A stretch of 64,000 nt of DNA from Rebecca billardiae RCC1528. Taxonomy: Eukaryota; Protista; Haptophyta. Every line of letters begins with the position of its first letter. Position 1 is the stretch's first letter. The notes under the pieces are model-generated. The model did not search any database and was not told the DNA's origin. It saw only the letters and a list, made by a program, of their open reading frames with translations. The stretch is taken from positions 1,302,001 to 1,366,000 of the forward strand of contig OZ251237.1 of NCBI GenBank assembly GCA_965240325.2, read 5' to 3'. This document shows, piece by piece, positions 45,157 to 57,277 of this stretch. The position numbers and the translations under genes are program-made.

Positions 45157-46623
45157 ATGGCCGCGAGCGAGACCACGTCGGACGGTCATGCATCTGTGAT
45201 CACCGCCATACTAGCCGTCATCGCGGCCGCGGCACTCATGACCATCGTGCGCCGCAGACACATGCGCGCGCTTTCCGAGTGGGCCTTGCCGCTCATCGGA
45301 CAGACCCCCGAGTTCATACGCGATTCTCTCGCTTTCGTGTGCCGCATGCACCGCGCGCACGGCGAGGGATTCACCACGAGCATCCTACTCAATCGGATGA
45401 GCGTATTCTCCTCCGAGACGGCGCACCGTGCACTGCTCAAGCATGACAACAAGAGTCTCTGCGTCGACTGGCCGCCCGTCTGGCAGCGGCTGCTCGGCCG
45501 CCGCTCTCTCACGGTGGTCTCGCCCGACGAGAACCAGCGGCAGCGCAAGGCCATTGCGAGCGCCTTCGGCCCGCGAGTGCTGGCGGACTCCCTCCCCGCG
45601 CTCCTGGCGATCACCGAAGAGACCCTCGACACGTGGGCGACCCGGCACGCCGCCCCCTTCGAGCTGCTGCCGGCAGCCAAGCGATGGGCCTTTGACGTGG
45701 CGACGACTTTCCTTTTCGGCACGCGCTACGCCTCAGCAGACGCCGCGCGCGTGATGGGCCTGTTCCACACGTGGCTCGACGCCTTCGGCGCGCTGCTCCC
45801 GCTCGACCTCCCGTTCACCGCTGTCGGCCGCGGCATGCGCGCCCGTGCCGCGCTCATCGAGCACTTTGGCGCGCGCCTTGACGCCGCGCGCCGCGCGCCC
45901 GCCTCGCTGCCCGCCTCCTGCGCACTCGCCAAGCTGCTGGCGGCGCGTGACGAGGGCGGCGCGCCGCTCGACGACGAGACCCTCAAGGACGCGATGCTCG
46001 CGCTCCTCTTCGCCGGCCACGACACAACCAGCCACGTGATCTGCACCCTCGTACACACGCTCGCGCTGGCGCCTGCCGGCCCTCCAACACTCGAGCGGCT
46101 GCGCGCCGAGCTCGACGCTGCCTGGGACGGCAGCGCGCCCTCTCTCTCGCCGGAGCTGCTCGCGCGGCTGCCCGTGCTCGACGCGACCATCAGCGAGACC
46201 CTCCGCCTGGAGCCGCCCGTCACGCACGCCTTCCGCTTGGTCACGGCCGACGTCGACATCGGCGGCGCTCGGCTTGTGGCGGGCGAGCGGGTCGCGTTCA
46301 GCCTGATAGGCAAGCAGCGAGGTGGAGCCGGCATCGGCTCCGAGGCGCTTGACGAGCCTGAGTCGTGGCGCATCGACCGGTTCCTGGGGGACGAGCCGCT
46401 GGACAAGGCGCACCCGCTCGCCGTCACCCCCTTTGGCATCGGCCCACGCATGTGCCTCGGGTACCAGCTGGCTCGGCTGGAGCTCCGCGTGCTGCTCGCG
46501 CTGCTGGCGCGTGGGTACGAGTGGGAAGTGCGGAGCTCGACACGGCTCACCTTCCCCTTTTGGGGCCACAGCCCACTTGTGTGCTTGCGCCGCCGGCAGC
46601 CCGCGGCCTTGGCCACGACGTGA
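45157..46623 (+). CDS. Cytochrome P450 (CYP120/CYP26-like)
   Basis: LPLIGQT, LLFAGHDTT, ETLRLEPP, PFGIGPRMCLG. Confidence 0.92.
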   Translation: MAASETTSDGHASVITAILAVIAAAALMTIVRRRHMRALSEWALPLIGQTPEFIRDSLAFVCRMHRAHGEGFTTSILLNRMSVFSSETAHRALLKHDNKSLCVDWPPVWQRLLGRRSLTVVSPDENQRQRKAIASAFGPRVLADSLPALLAITEETLDTWATRHAAPFELLPAAKRWAFDVATTFLFGTRYASADAARVMGLFHTWLDAFGALLPLDLPFTAVGRGMRARAALIEHFGARLDAARRAPASLPASCALAKLLAARDEGGAPLDDETLKDAMLALLFAGHDTTSHVICTLVHTLALAPAGPPTLERLRAELDAAWDGSAPSLSPELLARLPVLDATISETLRLEPPVTHAFRLVTADVDIGGARLVAGERVAFSLIGKQRGGAGIGSEALDEPESWRIDRFLGDEPLDKAHPLAVTPFGIGPRMCLGYQLARLELRVLLALLARGYEWEVRSSTRLTFPFWGHSPLVCLRRRQPAALATT

Positions 46624-47596
46624 GAAGACTCTGATACGACATAGCGCCATCGTCATGCTGCTGCTATATGATTAAGTGCAGCGCTGCGGGCTTAGTTAGT
46701 GCCGCATTGCGTTAATCTGAGGTGGGCCGAAACGAGTGTTTGGCAGACGTCGAGAAAAAAACATGGCCGCCCCTGATTGGCTGATGCTTTAACACCCTTC
46801 AATAGCGCTCGAGAGTGCAAGATTCCCGTAATAGGGAGGTCCGCAGGGACTCTTCAATCTTCCCATCGTCGCGGTTCGAGGACCAGCTCCAGCTCCGCCT
46901 TCCGACCGAGGGGAGGTGAAGCTGGCGCCCTGGCCTTTCCGTCGAACACCTGCTCGCTACTACAGCTCGGGCTGCGGTCCGAACACGGCGTGGCAGAATG
47001 GCGCCAAGCAGTAAGGTGATGGACGCGGCCGGGCGTTGACCGTTGCCCAAGACCGGCGGGTGCTGCGCGGTAAATTGCTCGTGCGCGGGGCCGGTCAGTT
47101 GGAGTCCGCGCTCCGCAGCGCGGAGCACGTGAAGCGAACAGAGTGTCCGCAGCCACAGATGCGGTGGTCAGCTCATGCAGGTTCGTGATAAACCAGTTCT
47201 CGCGCGACCATCAACACCGCCACGCCCTGCCCCTGATCATCTCGTCGCTCGAGAACCCGCGCGCGCGGGAAATGGATGGGTCGGGCACGGCGGGCATCGA
47301 GTCCTACCTCTTCTTGCAGTGCTCCCTGCAGCCGCAGTCACTGCTCGACAGCATGGGTGGTGCAGTCAGGTCGGGAGCACCGTCAGAGCCCACTGCCTTG
47401 CCAAGGCTGGTGTACTTTGACCGAAGCCACTTCTGCGCGGAGGCGGCTGGTGAGTGGTGACGCCATCATTGCCAAGCGCGCCGGCCGCGAGTCACATTCA
47501 ACACCGACGACGAGGCGAGGCGCGGAAGAAGCTGCGGTGGCTGCTGCTGTACAGGTCTGGGGTGGCCAAGACTAGGGCGATAACGGCCATCCCACG

Positions 47597-47745
47597 GTGC
47601 TGCCCGGTGAGAACGTGCTCCGATGATCATAGTGTCTGTGCGCCGCGGCCGGGCACCCGGCCGCGGCACTATTCGATCGTGCAGTGCTGCCCGGTGAGAA
47701 CGTGCTCTGATAATCATAATAGCAGTCTGCGTCTGTGCGCCGCCG
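47597..47745. repeat. Short direct repeat pair in a degenerate intergenic region
   Basis: GTGCTGCCCGGTGAGAACGTGCTC(C/T)GAT occurs twice. Another duplication lies at ~48055-48140. Confidence 0.6.
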
Positions 47746-50534
47746 GGCACCGCCACTTTTCCCGTGCAGTGTCGAGCTAGTGGTTTTCAGATCCGTGCGC
47801 CCACGTAGTGCGCTGGCGTCGGGCTCCGCGCGACGGCCGCGGCTGAGGCACCCATAAAGTAAGCTGTAGCGGGCTCATCCGATTCGATCCTCACTCAGAG
47901 TCGTTTCAATCACCATGCATGCCGTAGTCGTATAGTCGTGTATATTCCTGACAGGCTCATCAGCGCCTGCGGCCCTACGGTTGTGAATAGTAGTACAGTG
48001 TAACAGTACTGGGGCAGGGCACCCGGCGCGGAGTGACTCGGCGCACTGTGCCGTGACCGGCGGCAGCCCGCGGCGTCACGGCGTGCCTCACCCGGCGCGC
48101 GTGCCGACCGGCGGCGGCCCGCGGCGTCACGGCGTGCCTCGCATGGCATCAGATTCAGACAGCAGCAGACTACATACGGTGACTCTGCTGCAGTGTAAGG
48201 CGGTTCTCCGCCACGCTGATCGAGTGATCGAGCACTTGCTTGCTTCCCGGCGAGCGGCGCGGGCGGCGGCGACGGGATCATAGTCACATCACAGTGTCTA
48301 GTGTCAGCAGCTATACTGACGATTACTATCGTCTCGTCATACTGTAGTACGCAGCTTGTCAGTCAACGCCTGCTGGCGGCTCGTCAGTCGACGCCTGCTG
48401 GCGGCGCTCACCACGACTCACACCAGGCTGCCCGATCCGACGATTGGCATCAGCATACTGCATCATAGTAGATCAATCAATATCATGCAGCGTCGGAGTT
48501 CGACGTCACTACGTCGACGCGGCCGGGGACCCGGACAGCCGCCATAACTACATTGTTGTTCAAAGACTTACTCGGCGGAGTCGTCGGAGACTAAAGTTAC
48601 GGCCGGCGGACGCACTACTCATCAGTGTCGATCAATTGACGACATCCGACCATATCAATTCGGCGCGGGCAGCACGGTCTGACTAAAGTCTAAAGAGTAA
48701 AGAGGTCATCATCAGTCAGCAGCCTCGGACGGCACGACGCAGTAGACGGCCACGGGGACGCCGCGGCCGCGCTGATGCTGCAAGTAGCGTATATGCGATG
48801 ATGTAGAAAACGAGCCGTCGCGCTCGTCAAAAGTCCGAGGGCGAGGCCACCGCGCCCGCGGGACCGGCGTCGACCGCAGATCAGGTGTCGTCGGACAGCT
48901 GACTGACGGCGGCGGCGTGGCCGGCGCAGGCGTCGCCCGGCCGCGGCCTTGGCCCGCGCAGTCATTGACGGCACTCGGTCCCGTGGCATCCGAAGGCAGT
49001 GTCACAGACCATGATGGCGGCATACATCCGCGAGTCACACCCGCGGCCCCGCCGCCGTCCGCGTCCGCGCGCCGATGATGGCGGTCTGGCCGCGCGCGAC
49101 ACGGTCGTTCTTCTCCGGCGGATCCCAATCATGCTGCGGTGGAGGCGGCGACGGAGGCGGTTCGACGCCGCGTCTGCCAGCGTGGAAGCGCGGGGCGGCG
49201 CTGCGGCAGAATGTGGCTGCGCCACTCCAGCTGCCGCCCAATGCGGCGTGGATATGCACGCGCGCTCCTCATGTGCGCAGTCGCGGGCGAGGCTCACCGC
49301 CGAGCCTGGTAAGCACCCTCCGCCTACTTGACTGTCGGCCTGTCGACATGCTCTGCACGAGGACCCCGCACCTTGCGCGCAGATGGCCAGCAGGCACACC
49401 GTTCCATCACCGATCACGGCGCCGCTGCTTGAGCGGCGAGCGCGAGCGCGACCGACAGCGCCGGCGCGCCGGGCCTGCGCCGTTCTGATGCCGCATGCAG
49501 CGCATGCGCTGCCACCAGCGAGGCCGTGGCGGGCTGCGATTGCCGCGCTCCAGCCACCGCTGCACGCGGCACGGATGGCACAGCACGTGCCTCCACATAG
49601 TGGTCGTGGCTGACGGTAGCCGCCTCGTCGGCCTGTGGCGTCGGCGTCCTCAAGTCCGCCTGCCGCAGTCGGCCTGCAGCAGCGGGCAGCGGAGAGGGTG
49701 TGGTGCAGCGCAGCGGTGACCGAGACGGAGAGGGCCACGCAGCCGGGCGCAGATAAGCATGGGTTGGACGCTCCCTTCGCCACGCTCATGAACGACCGGA
49801 CCTGCAACATCCCGCTGGCACTCAACACCATCGAGGAAGCGTGAGCGCTCTCGTCTGACGAAATCGCGCAAAAGTGTTCCTCTGATACGCCGGACTCGTC
49901 GTCGCCCCCCGGCCTCCTCCCTGCAGGATCTCGGGCTTTGGACGTGTGTGCCTTTGGCCTCTGCTTCGCTGACATGATTAGTGCTTTCGCGAGACTCTGA
50001 TTCCAATCTGCTCAGTTTTCATTGTCTTTCATGGGACTTTACTCAAAATGTGGGTGACATGGTTCACTCGTTTCGGCCAATGGGAGCACTGCTTTCGTGA
50101 TTTTCGAGAGCCTCCCTTTTTCGCGAACACTCGTTTCGCCCCACAAGAAATTAACGCAATAGTAACACCGTCTCGCCGGATGACGATCCGATACGACTAT
50201 GAGACTGCGCTGTCGCTGCCGATGAGTCAAGCAGCCTGATGCTGATATTGATGATGAGACGACGACCGAGATGATGACGATGATATACTAGCTAGCGCGC
50301 TGCTACTTAGTCTATGTCTGTCTTAGTACTGACTACTGGCCACTGCTGCGCTGCTGGCTCCGTACGGTTAACTTAGTACGCGCTGCGTACTCGGACGATG
50401 ACGACTGCTCGATGACGACTACGACTCGATCGTCATACTAATACTATACCGCCGTCGTGCGATCTCTCAAGTCTGTAGTCTGATGAATCATCGCCGCCCC
50501 GGATCGGCATCACACGTACTGACATCATACAACG

Positions 50535-52325
50535 TCAGCTGGGCTCCGGCTTGAACAGCGCTGCTTCCCCAGCCGATGCGCCTCGCAAGGCGGTCAGCCT
50601 CTCGCCGCCGCCCGCCGCGCCCGCGGTGTGCGCGGTGAGCTGCTCGACGTTGGGGATGCAGAGCATGCGCGCGGCCACGCCGCCGAGGCTGCAGCTCTGC
50701 TCGGCGGAGAGGGCGACGACCTCCTGCGCGCACATGCACTGCGTGCCCACGCACAGGTCGTACCAGATCTCGCCGAGGCGCAGCGTCACGCGGCCCGAGC
50801 GGTGCAGCCTGAGCTTGCCCACGCAGCCGGAGCCCAGCTCCTTGCACCTGTTCGGGAACTCCCTCGGCACGCCCGCGCGCTCCGGCTTTGCGCCGTCGGC
50901 GGGCGCCGCGCCGCCCGGGCTCGTCGGCAGGTCGGCCGGCAGCTGGAAGACGTGCAGCCGCTGCTCGGCGCTGTGCGAGAGCAGCACGTCCGCGGCGCTG
51001 CCCTCGGGGTAGCGCATCCCGGCGTGCGTGCGCGGCGGCGCGTGCACGCCCAGCTGCTCGAACGGCAGCACGATCGGAGCGTTCGGGTCGTCAAGCCACT
51101 CGTCCGAAGGCTGCGCGCGGCGCGGCGCGCGGCGCGCGGCGTTGCGCACAGCGCGCGGCGGCGCGAGGCCGCGGGCGAGCGCGACGCGTGAGCAGCTGCA
51201 GGGAAAGGTGTCATCATACGGCGCGGGGCGCGCGCCCTCGGCTCGCCCGCCGGCCCCGGCGCCGCGCGCGGAGCCTCAGAGTATATTAAAGTTGTGTTGT
51301 GTCGCCACCACGTAGGTTGGTCTGGCGCTCGTGTCTCGCATCCGCAGCTCCGCGGCGCGGCGGCGGCGTGCGGCAGCCGCCCCGCTCCTCCCCTCGCGCA
51401 GCCCGCGCCCGCCCGCCCGCTCGCTCGTGCGCGCGCGCGCGCGCGCGCGCGCCGGCAGCCTCGGGAAGTTATAATTGACGGATGTGTGTTGTCTTCCGCG
51501 CATGAGCGCTCAGGGGAAGGGCACTTTCTTTCCTCATAGGCGGCCGGCCGCGGCGGCGCCGGTGGCGGCCACGGTGCGCGCTGGCTGTTGCGCGGTCGTG
51601 TGGCGCCCCGAATCCTCCCCGCTGCGCGCCTCCGGCGTTGCGCGCGCGCGCACGGCCCCGCGCGGGCGCGCGCGCGCGCAGCGCTCACCTCCGCGTGCTC
51701 CGCGAGCACACCGCCCAGCCCGGCGCTGCCAATGATGGGCTGCGCGCCGTGTGCTGAGAAGCTGACGGGGCCATGCGGCACCTGCGACTGCTTGCCGCCC
51801 GCACGCCCTCCTCTGCCGCCCGGTGCGGAGCCGCCGCTCGCGCCCGCAGCAGCGCTGCCGCCAGCGCCGCCACTGCCGCCGCCGCCGCTGCCCGCGGCCC
51901 CACCGCCACCACCGCCTGCGCCGCCGGCCGGTATGCCGCCAAACGTGACAGCTCCCGAGGCCATCGATGCGCGCGCCGCAAAACCGCGGACATCGGTGGG
52001 CTGCGCGGGCTCCTCCTTCACCTCGTGGTGGATCATCTGCTGCAACTCATGATCCTCCCTGCAGGCACCGGCAGGTGCGATCGCGGCGCGTGCGGGGCGT
52101 GGTTCAGCGCCCGAGGGCGCACGGCCATTCCGCGGAGGCGCATCGGCGCGCACGCGACACGCGCGATGCGCGCACTCTGGCACTTGCCGCTTGCGGCGCG
52201 GCGGCACTTTGGGCATGAAGGTCTGCACATCTTGCGCGAACGGGGTAGGCGTCGCAGGCGTCAGTCTCGCCGTGTGCGCGCCCGCGCCGCGGCCGAGGCG
52301 CGCGCACTCTGTGAGGGGCAGCCAT
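50535..52325 (-). CDS. POLR3D: RNA polymerase III subunit RPC4; three introns, the largest 51111-51688
   Basis: N-terminal TFMPKVPPRRK. C-terminal HVFQLP..LP and GCVGKLRLHRSGRVTLRLG..YDLCVG..CAQEVV are typical of the RPC4 domain. Confidence 0.8.
51270..51351 (-). ncRNA. Intronic box C/D snoRNA candidate 2 (18S rRNA antisense)
   Basis: Terminal stem GGAGC/GCTCC. D box CTGA lies 1 nt after ACAACTTTAATATAC, 15 nt complementary to conserved 18S GUAUAUUAAAGUUGU. C box is degenerate. Confidence 0.72.
51458..51541 (-). ncRNA. Intronic box C/D snoRNA candidate 1 (18S rRNA antisense)
   Basis: Terminal stem GCCT/AGGC, C box ATGAGGA, D' CTGA, D-like CCGA. GTGCCCTTCC and TCCGTCAATT are complementary to conserved 18S AAUUGACGGAAGGGCAC. 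Confidence 0.65.
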
Positions 52326-52506
52326 GCTTGCCGGCGAAGATCACGTCGGCGCCTCCGAGCTCACTCGGGGTCGTGCGGCGGAGTCCGGGCCAGGGAGTGC
52401 TGCAGCCGCTCGCGCGCGCGTTCATCTTGAGCAGCAAGCGCGCGCATGCGCTGATCAAGACCAGTCCGAGTGGGCGGCCGCCGACCAGTGCGCGGCCGTC
52501 CGCGCG

Positions 52507-54496
52507 ATGGAGCGTCGGCTGGACCGGCTGCGCGCGCTGCGAGGCGTGGTGTCGTCGTTCGAGGAGCTCGCGCTACCGCTCTCCGCCCCGCGCTACGCGT
52601 GGGACGCCGACATCTTCGGCGAGGAGGAGGCGCTCGAGCGCGAGGCGGCGACGATTGACGAGCGGCACACGACGCTGGCGCTCCGCCACCGGATCGACTT
52701 TGCGGGCCGCGGCATCGCGCTGTGCGTCTCGGGCGGTGGGATCCGATCGGCAGCCGTCGCGTGCGGCCTGCTCTGGCGCCTCTCCGCCGCGGGCGCGCTC
52801 AAGTTCGTCGACCACATTTCGTGCGTGAGCGGCGGCGGCTTTGTGGGCGCCGCGTACGTGAGCGACCTGGTCGAGATGGCGGCGACGGCGCCGCCCGAGC
52901 GGCACGACGCGCTCGACGCGTTCTACCGCGCGGCGCTGACCAAGACGATCCTGCGCATGCAGCGCAACGCCAACTGGCTCGTCGGCGGCCGCACGTGCGC
53001 CGACCGGCTGCTGTCGCTCGCGGTGCTGCCCGCCATGCTGCTCTTCACGCCGCTCGTGTGGATGATGGCGCTGCTCATGCCGCTGGCGATGTGGATCGAC
53101 CTGGAGTCGGGGCACTCGCTCCGCGCGGTCGCGTGCGAGCCCGACCCGGACGCGGCGTGGCGCACCGCGCGCGACCTCACGCTGCGCTCGTGGCACGTGC
53201 ACACGTGCGCGGCGTGCGTCGCCCTGTTGCTCGCGGTCGGACTCTGCGAGCTGGGCGGCGTGACGCGCGTGCTGCTGCGCCGCGCGGCGGCGCCGCACTG
53301 CACGCTGTGGCGCGCGTGGAAGGCGGGCCACCAGCTCGTCTCGCGCACGCTGCTCATCACCCTCCTCCTCCTCGCCATCCACATCCTCGCGCTCGCACTC
53401 CAGCAGCGCGAATTCGGGCTGATGGCGTTCCCGAGCGCGGCGGATGCGGACGCGGACGGAGGCGGGGGCGGCGGCGGAGGCGGCGCGGGGGAGGGCGCGG
53501 AGGGCGGCGGGGCCGGCGAGAGCGCGTCGCACCACGCGCTCGCGTGCGCGTGCGCGCGCTTCGGCGCCGCCGCGGCGGGCATGGGCGCGCGCGCGTGCGT
53601 GGACGCGCCCGTCCCGGCCGAGCTGGCCTGGCCGGTGAGCTCGAGCGCTGCGGCGGCGCTGCTGCCCGGCTGCGCGGCCGCCGACCTGCCCGAGCTGCAC
53701 GCGCACTCGACGGGCGTGTTCGTGGCGTACGGCCTCGCGGGCGCCGCCTCGACCGCGCTCGTCCTCGCCCTCGCGCTCGGCGGCGCCTCCATGTCCTCGT
53801 ACGTGTGCTCGGCGCTCGGGCCGGCCGCTCTGGTGTACGTGGTCGCACGGATCGCGCAGTGGCGCTGCTTCGGGCCGCTGACGGGGCAGGGGCTGCGCGG
53901 GCTCGGGTGGGAGGGCACGCCGGCGTGGAGCCTGGGCACGTGGCAGGCGCTGCACTGCGCCGCGACCGGCGTCTCGCTCGCCCTCCTCCCCTTCCTCTGG
54001 CGCTGCGGCTCCATCGGCCGGCTGTACTTCACGCGGCGGCTCGTGCGCGCCTTCTTCTGCGGCGGCCGGGACATGGCCTTCAGCCGAGCGCACTCGCACT
54101 ACTGCCCGCTGCTCACGTTCGGCTGCACGATCTCGGACTTCCAGACGCCGCGCGACCGGCACCACTTCGCGCCGTTCGCGATCAACTCGCACCACGCCGG
54201 CTCGCCCCGCTCCGGCTACGCGCAGACGCCCCCGTGGCTCACGCTCGGCCGCGCGCTCGGCATCTCGAGCGCAGCCATCGACCCGACAGGCGACATGCTG
54301 CTCGCCGCGCGCGCCGACCGCGTGTCCACGCGGTTCTGGCTGACCGTGCTCGGGCTCACGCTGGGCGACTGGCTGCGCTTCGAGCCGCACCGCTGCTGCC
54401 ACCCCTCCTGCTACCCGGAGACCAACCAGCTGCCGGAGGTGAGTCTCCTCTCCGCCATCTTGCTCGCGCTGCTCGGTCTCAACTTTTGGGACGCGA

Positions 54497-54530
<34 letters not shown>

Positions 54531-55667
54531 GGTTGGCGGCGGGCAGCATGCGCCCGCGGCGCTGGGGCTGGGCGGCGCGGGCGGGACTGGCGAGCTCGGC
54601 GCGCCAAGCTGCGCGCTCGTGCCGCCCACGCGCGTGCTCCTCGCCCTGTGCGTGAGCGCGTACTGGGCCCTCTCCTTCTTCGGCTCGTTTGCGCCGCTGC
54701 GTTGGGTGCAGGCGGGCTACATCATGCGCCAGCTGCGCTCGCTGCTGCTGGTCGTGCACAAGTCGACGACGCCGCCGCCGTACCTGCGGCTGAGCGACGG
54801 CGGGCTGTGCGAGAACACCGGGCTGCTGCAGATGCTCATCCGCCGGCAGCGATGGATCCTCGCCGTCGACGCGAGCCACGACCCGCACCTGAGTCTCGCC
54901 ACGTTCCGCAACGCCATGCGCATCGCGGTCGCGCGCCGACTGTGTTCCTTCTTCGACCGCGCGTGCCCTGAGCGCGACATCGAGGCGCGCGCGGCGCGGC
55001 GCGGCGCGAGCGCGGCGCGGCGCCGCGCGCCCGCGCGCCGACGCGCAGCCCCGCCGCCACCCCCGCCCGCCCGCCCGCCGCGACCTGCGCGCCGCGCGGC
55101 GCGCAGGTCGCCCTCGAGTCGCTCTGCCTCGGCGAGCGCACGCACGTGCACCTGGGCATCCGGTACGGCTGGGCGGAGGAGGCGGCGGGCGCGGCGCGCG
55201 GCGAGCTCTTCCTGATCAAGGTGCGCGCGCCGCTCGTGGACACGGCGCCGGTGCCGCCGCCGATCGCCGCGTGGGAGATCGAGCACGGCGCGTCGGCCGG
55301 GCGGCGGCACGAGCGCCTGCCGCTCGCGCGCGCAGAGCTGCGAGGCTGCTGCTGCGACGGCTGCCACGCGTGCTGCTCGCGCGCCGGCTGCGGCGAGCGC
55401 TTCCCGTACATGTCGAGCGCGAGCCAGTTCTTCACGCCGACGCTCTTCTCCGCATTCTGCCGGCTGGGCCACGAGCTGTCGGACGAGGCGGTGGAGCACC
55501 TGCTCGAGCGCCAGGAGCACGTGCTCGGCGCAGGCGATGCCGACCGGGACGCCGCGTGCCAGCCTGGGAGTGGCAACGGCGGCTACGCCAACGGGGAGGC
55601 ACCGCCGCCGCCGACTACCATCGCCGGCGCGGCCGCCGCGTCGTCAGCGTCGTCATCCGCCTACTGA
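52507..55667 (+). CDS. Patatin/cPLA2-like phospholipase with multiple internal TM helices; GC-AG intron 54985-55106
   Basis: ALCVSGGGIRSA oxyanion loop, ISCVSGGG nucleophile Ser, LSDGGLCENTG catalytic Asp. The intron restores the frame to the 55146-55667 ORF. Confidence 0.8.
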
Positions 55668-55759
55668 GTACTATGAATAATAATGTAACATAGTGCTGCG
55701 CGCTGAATTATGTCGTACTGAGACTCGTAGTACTCATACTGATGACAGTTACTACATAC

Positions 55760-55840
55760 TCTCTCTCTCTCTCTCTCTCTCTATATATTAACGACGCTTG
55801 TCCGATGCTGCCACGTCGTTAAATATATTAACGACGTGGT
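55760..55840. repeat. (CT)n microsatellite and 12-bp-stem inverted repeat
   Basis: CCACGTCGTTAA-atata-TTAACGACGTGG at 55811-55839. Confidence 0.75.
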
Positions 55841-56386
55841 ATGCAACGGGCAGGCGTCAGAGTCAGCAAGCTGTAGCAGCAGATCTATATAGTATATATA
55901 TATACTATTAAAGTGAAAATAGTGGCCAAGCCCGCATGATACCTAGTATGCCGCGCTTCAATTCCGAATCCGGCGGATTCCGAATCCGGATCCACGCACG
56001 ATCTTTTCTTGTCCCGCTCATCATCCGATCTGTCCCCTTTCTGAGAAAGCTGGCTGGTACTCTCCGCCATCGCACTCGCTTCACGCGACTACGCGAGTGC
56101 CCGCCGAGTAACGATGGCGGCGCAGTCCGGAGGAGAGTATGTACTAGACAGCCTTTCGTCAAGGGAATCAAGGGCGTTCCGCCCGGGATCCTGCCACACG
56201 CTCCCGAAAAGCAAAGCCCACCCTTGGGGGCTTTGCCTTTTTCCGTATTCAATGTACCCGCTTCAAATGGACGAAGCCCGTTCCAATACTGTAGGAAGGC
56301 GGTTCAATTTGGCGTATGACCGATGCGGGGAACGCCCCTGATTCCGCCTTTGATGATGCGACGGATAAGATCCACTACGCGGCGCG

Positions 56387-57277
56387 ATGACGAATGGGCG
56401 CGCGCTTCATGCGCGCACTTCGACTTCGTGCGCCCTGTTGCTATGGGTGGTGGCGAGCTGCGAAGGACTTCAGCTAGCCGACATACAGCTTGACTCCGGC
56501 ATGGTCGATCCGGAGGTCGTCGCATTCCTCGATTCGCGCGCCGACATCCACGATCTCTTGCACACGAAACCTGGCGGGGGCATGGCGCGCTATGACCATC
56601 AGCACATCTGGATGCTCTCGACGCTGAAGCGCGAAGTCCTGGATTCTGGGCGTGCGGGCGCCATCGTCGAACTTGGTGTGTTCAAAGGTAACATGGCGGT
56701 GCTGACCTCACTCGTCATTTCCAGGTTTGGCGACAGGTCGCGCATCACACATCATGTGTACGACAGCTTCAAGGGATTCCCTGAGGGCGACGCAGAAGAC
56801 ATTGGGCATGGGCGCCTGCCGCGCGATCCGAAGTTGCTGCGTGGCCGCCTGAACGGCTCGTACTCCGTCCCAGGCTTCGTGTCTGCTTTCCGCGCTCGCA
56901 ACACGCCGGAGCCAGTCATGCACAGGGGCTTTTTCGCGGACATACCCGATGATGACTACCCGACGCCAATCGTCTTTGCCTTCCTAGATGGCGATCTATA
57001 CCGCTCCATCACAGACAGCTTGGACAAGATCTACCACAAGTGCGTTAGGGGTGCGCCTGTCTTCATCCATGACGTGGTTACCGGCGACCCAAGTGAAATG
57101 ATGCGGAGCAAGGCAGTGACAAGGGTGCCAGGGCCAAAGACGACAAGGTGGCGAGGGCCAGCCGCCGCGATCCAGCGATTCTTTGGCAAGAGTCTTGACC
57201 AAGTTGTGGACAAGTACTTGTGGGAACTCGTACTCGTACGCGGCGGGCTGCCACGTGATCCACATGGAGCCTATTAG
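56387..57277 (+). CDS. TylF/NovP (macrocin O-methyltransferase) family SAM methyltransferase with signal peptide
   Basis: IVELGVFKG, YDSFKGFP, GFFAD, FAFLDGDLYRS, IHD. Confidence 0.8.
   Translation: MTNGRALHARTSTSCALLLWVVASCEGLQLADIQLDSGMVDPEVVAFLDSRADIHDLLHTKPGGGMARYDHQHIWMLSTLKREVLDSGRAGAIVELGVFKGNMAVLTSLVISRFGDRSRITHHVYDSFKGFPEGDAEDIGHGRLPRDPKLLRGRLNGSYSVPGFVSAFRARNTPEPVMHRGFFADIPDDDYPTPIVFAFLDGDLYRSITDSLDKIYHKCVRGAPVFIHDVVTGDPSEMMRSKAVTRVPGPKTTRWRGPAAAIQRFFGKSLDQVVDKYLWELVLVRGGLPRDPHGAY

Noticed and set aside
2586-46623. Monooxygenase, P450s and sulfotransferases as a biosynthetic gene cluster
   Set aside because: Dispersed among housekeeping genes with no scaffold synthase (PKS/NRPS/terpene synthase).
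46700-50250. Short ORFs in a 3.5-kb gene-poor stretch
   Set aside because: No recognisable domains and frequent stops; probably degenerate repeats but cannot be classified.
52323-52326. Shared CATG giving overlapping start codons on both strands
   Set aside because: The patatin-like gene more plausibly starts at 52507; the upstream extension is antisense-like filler.
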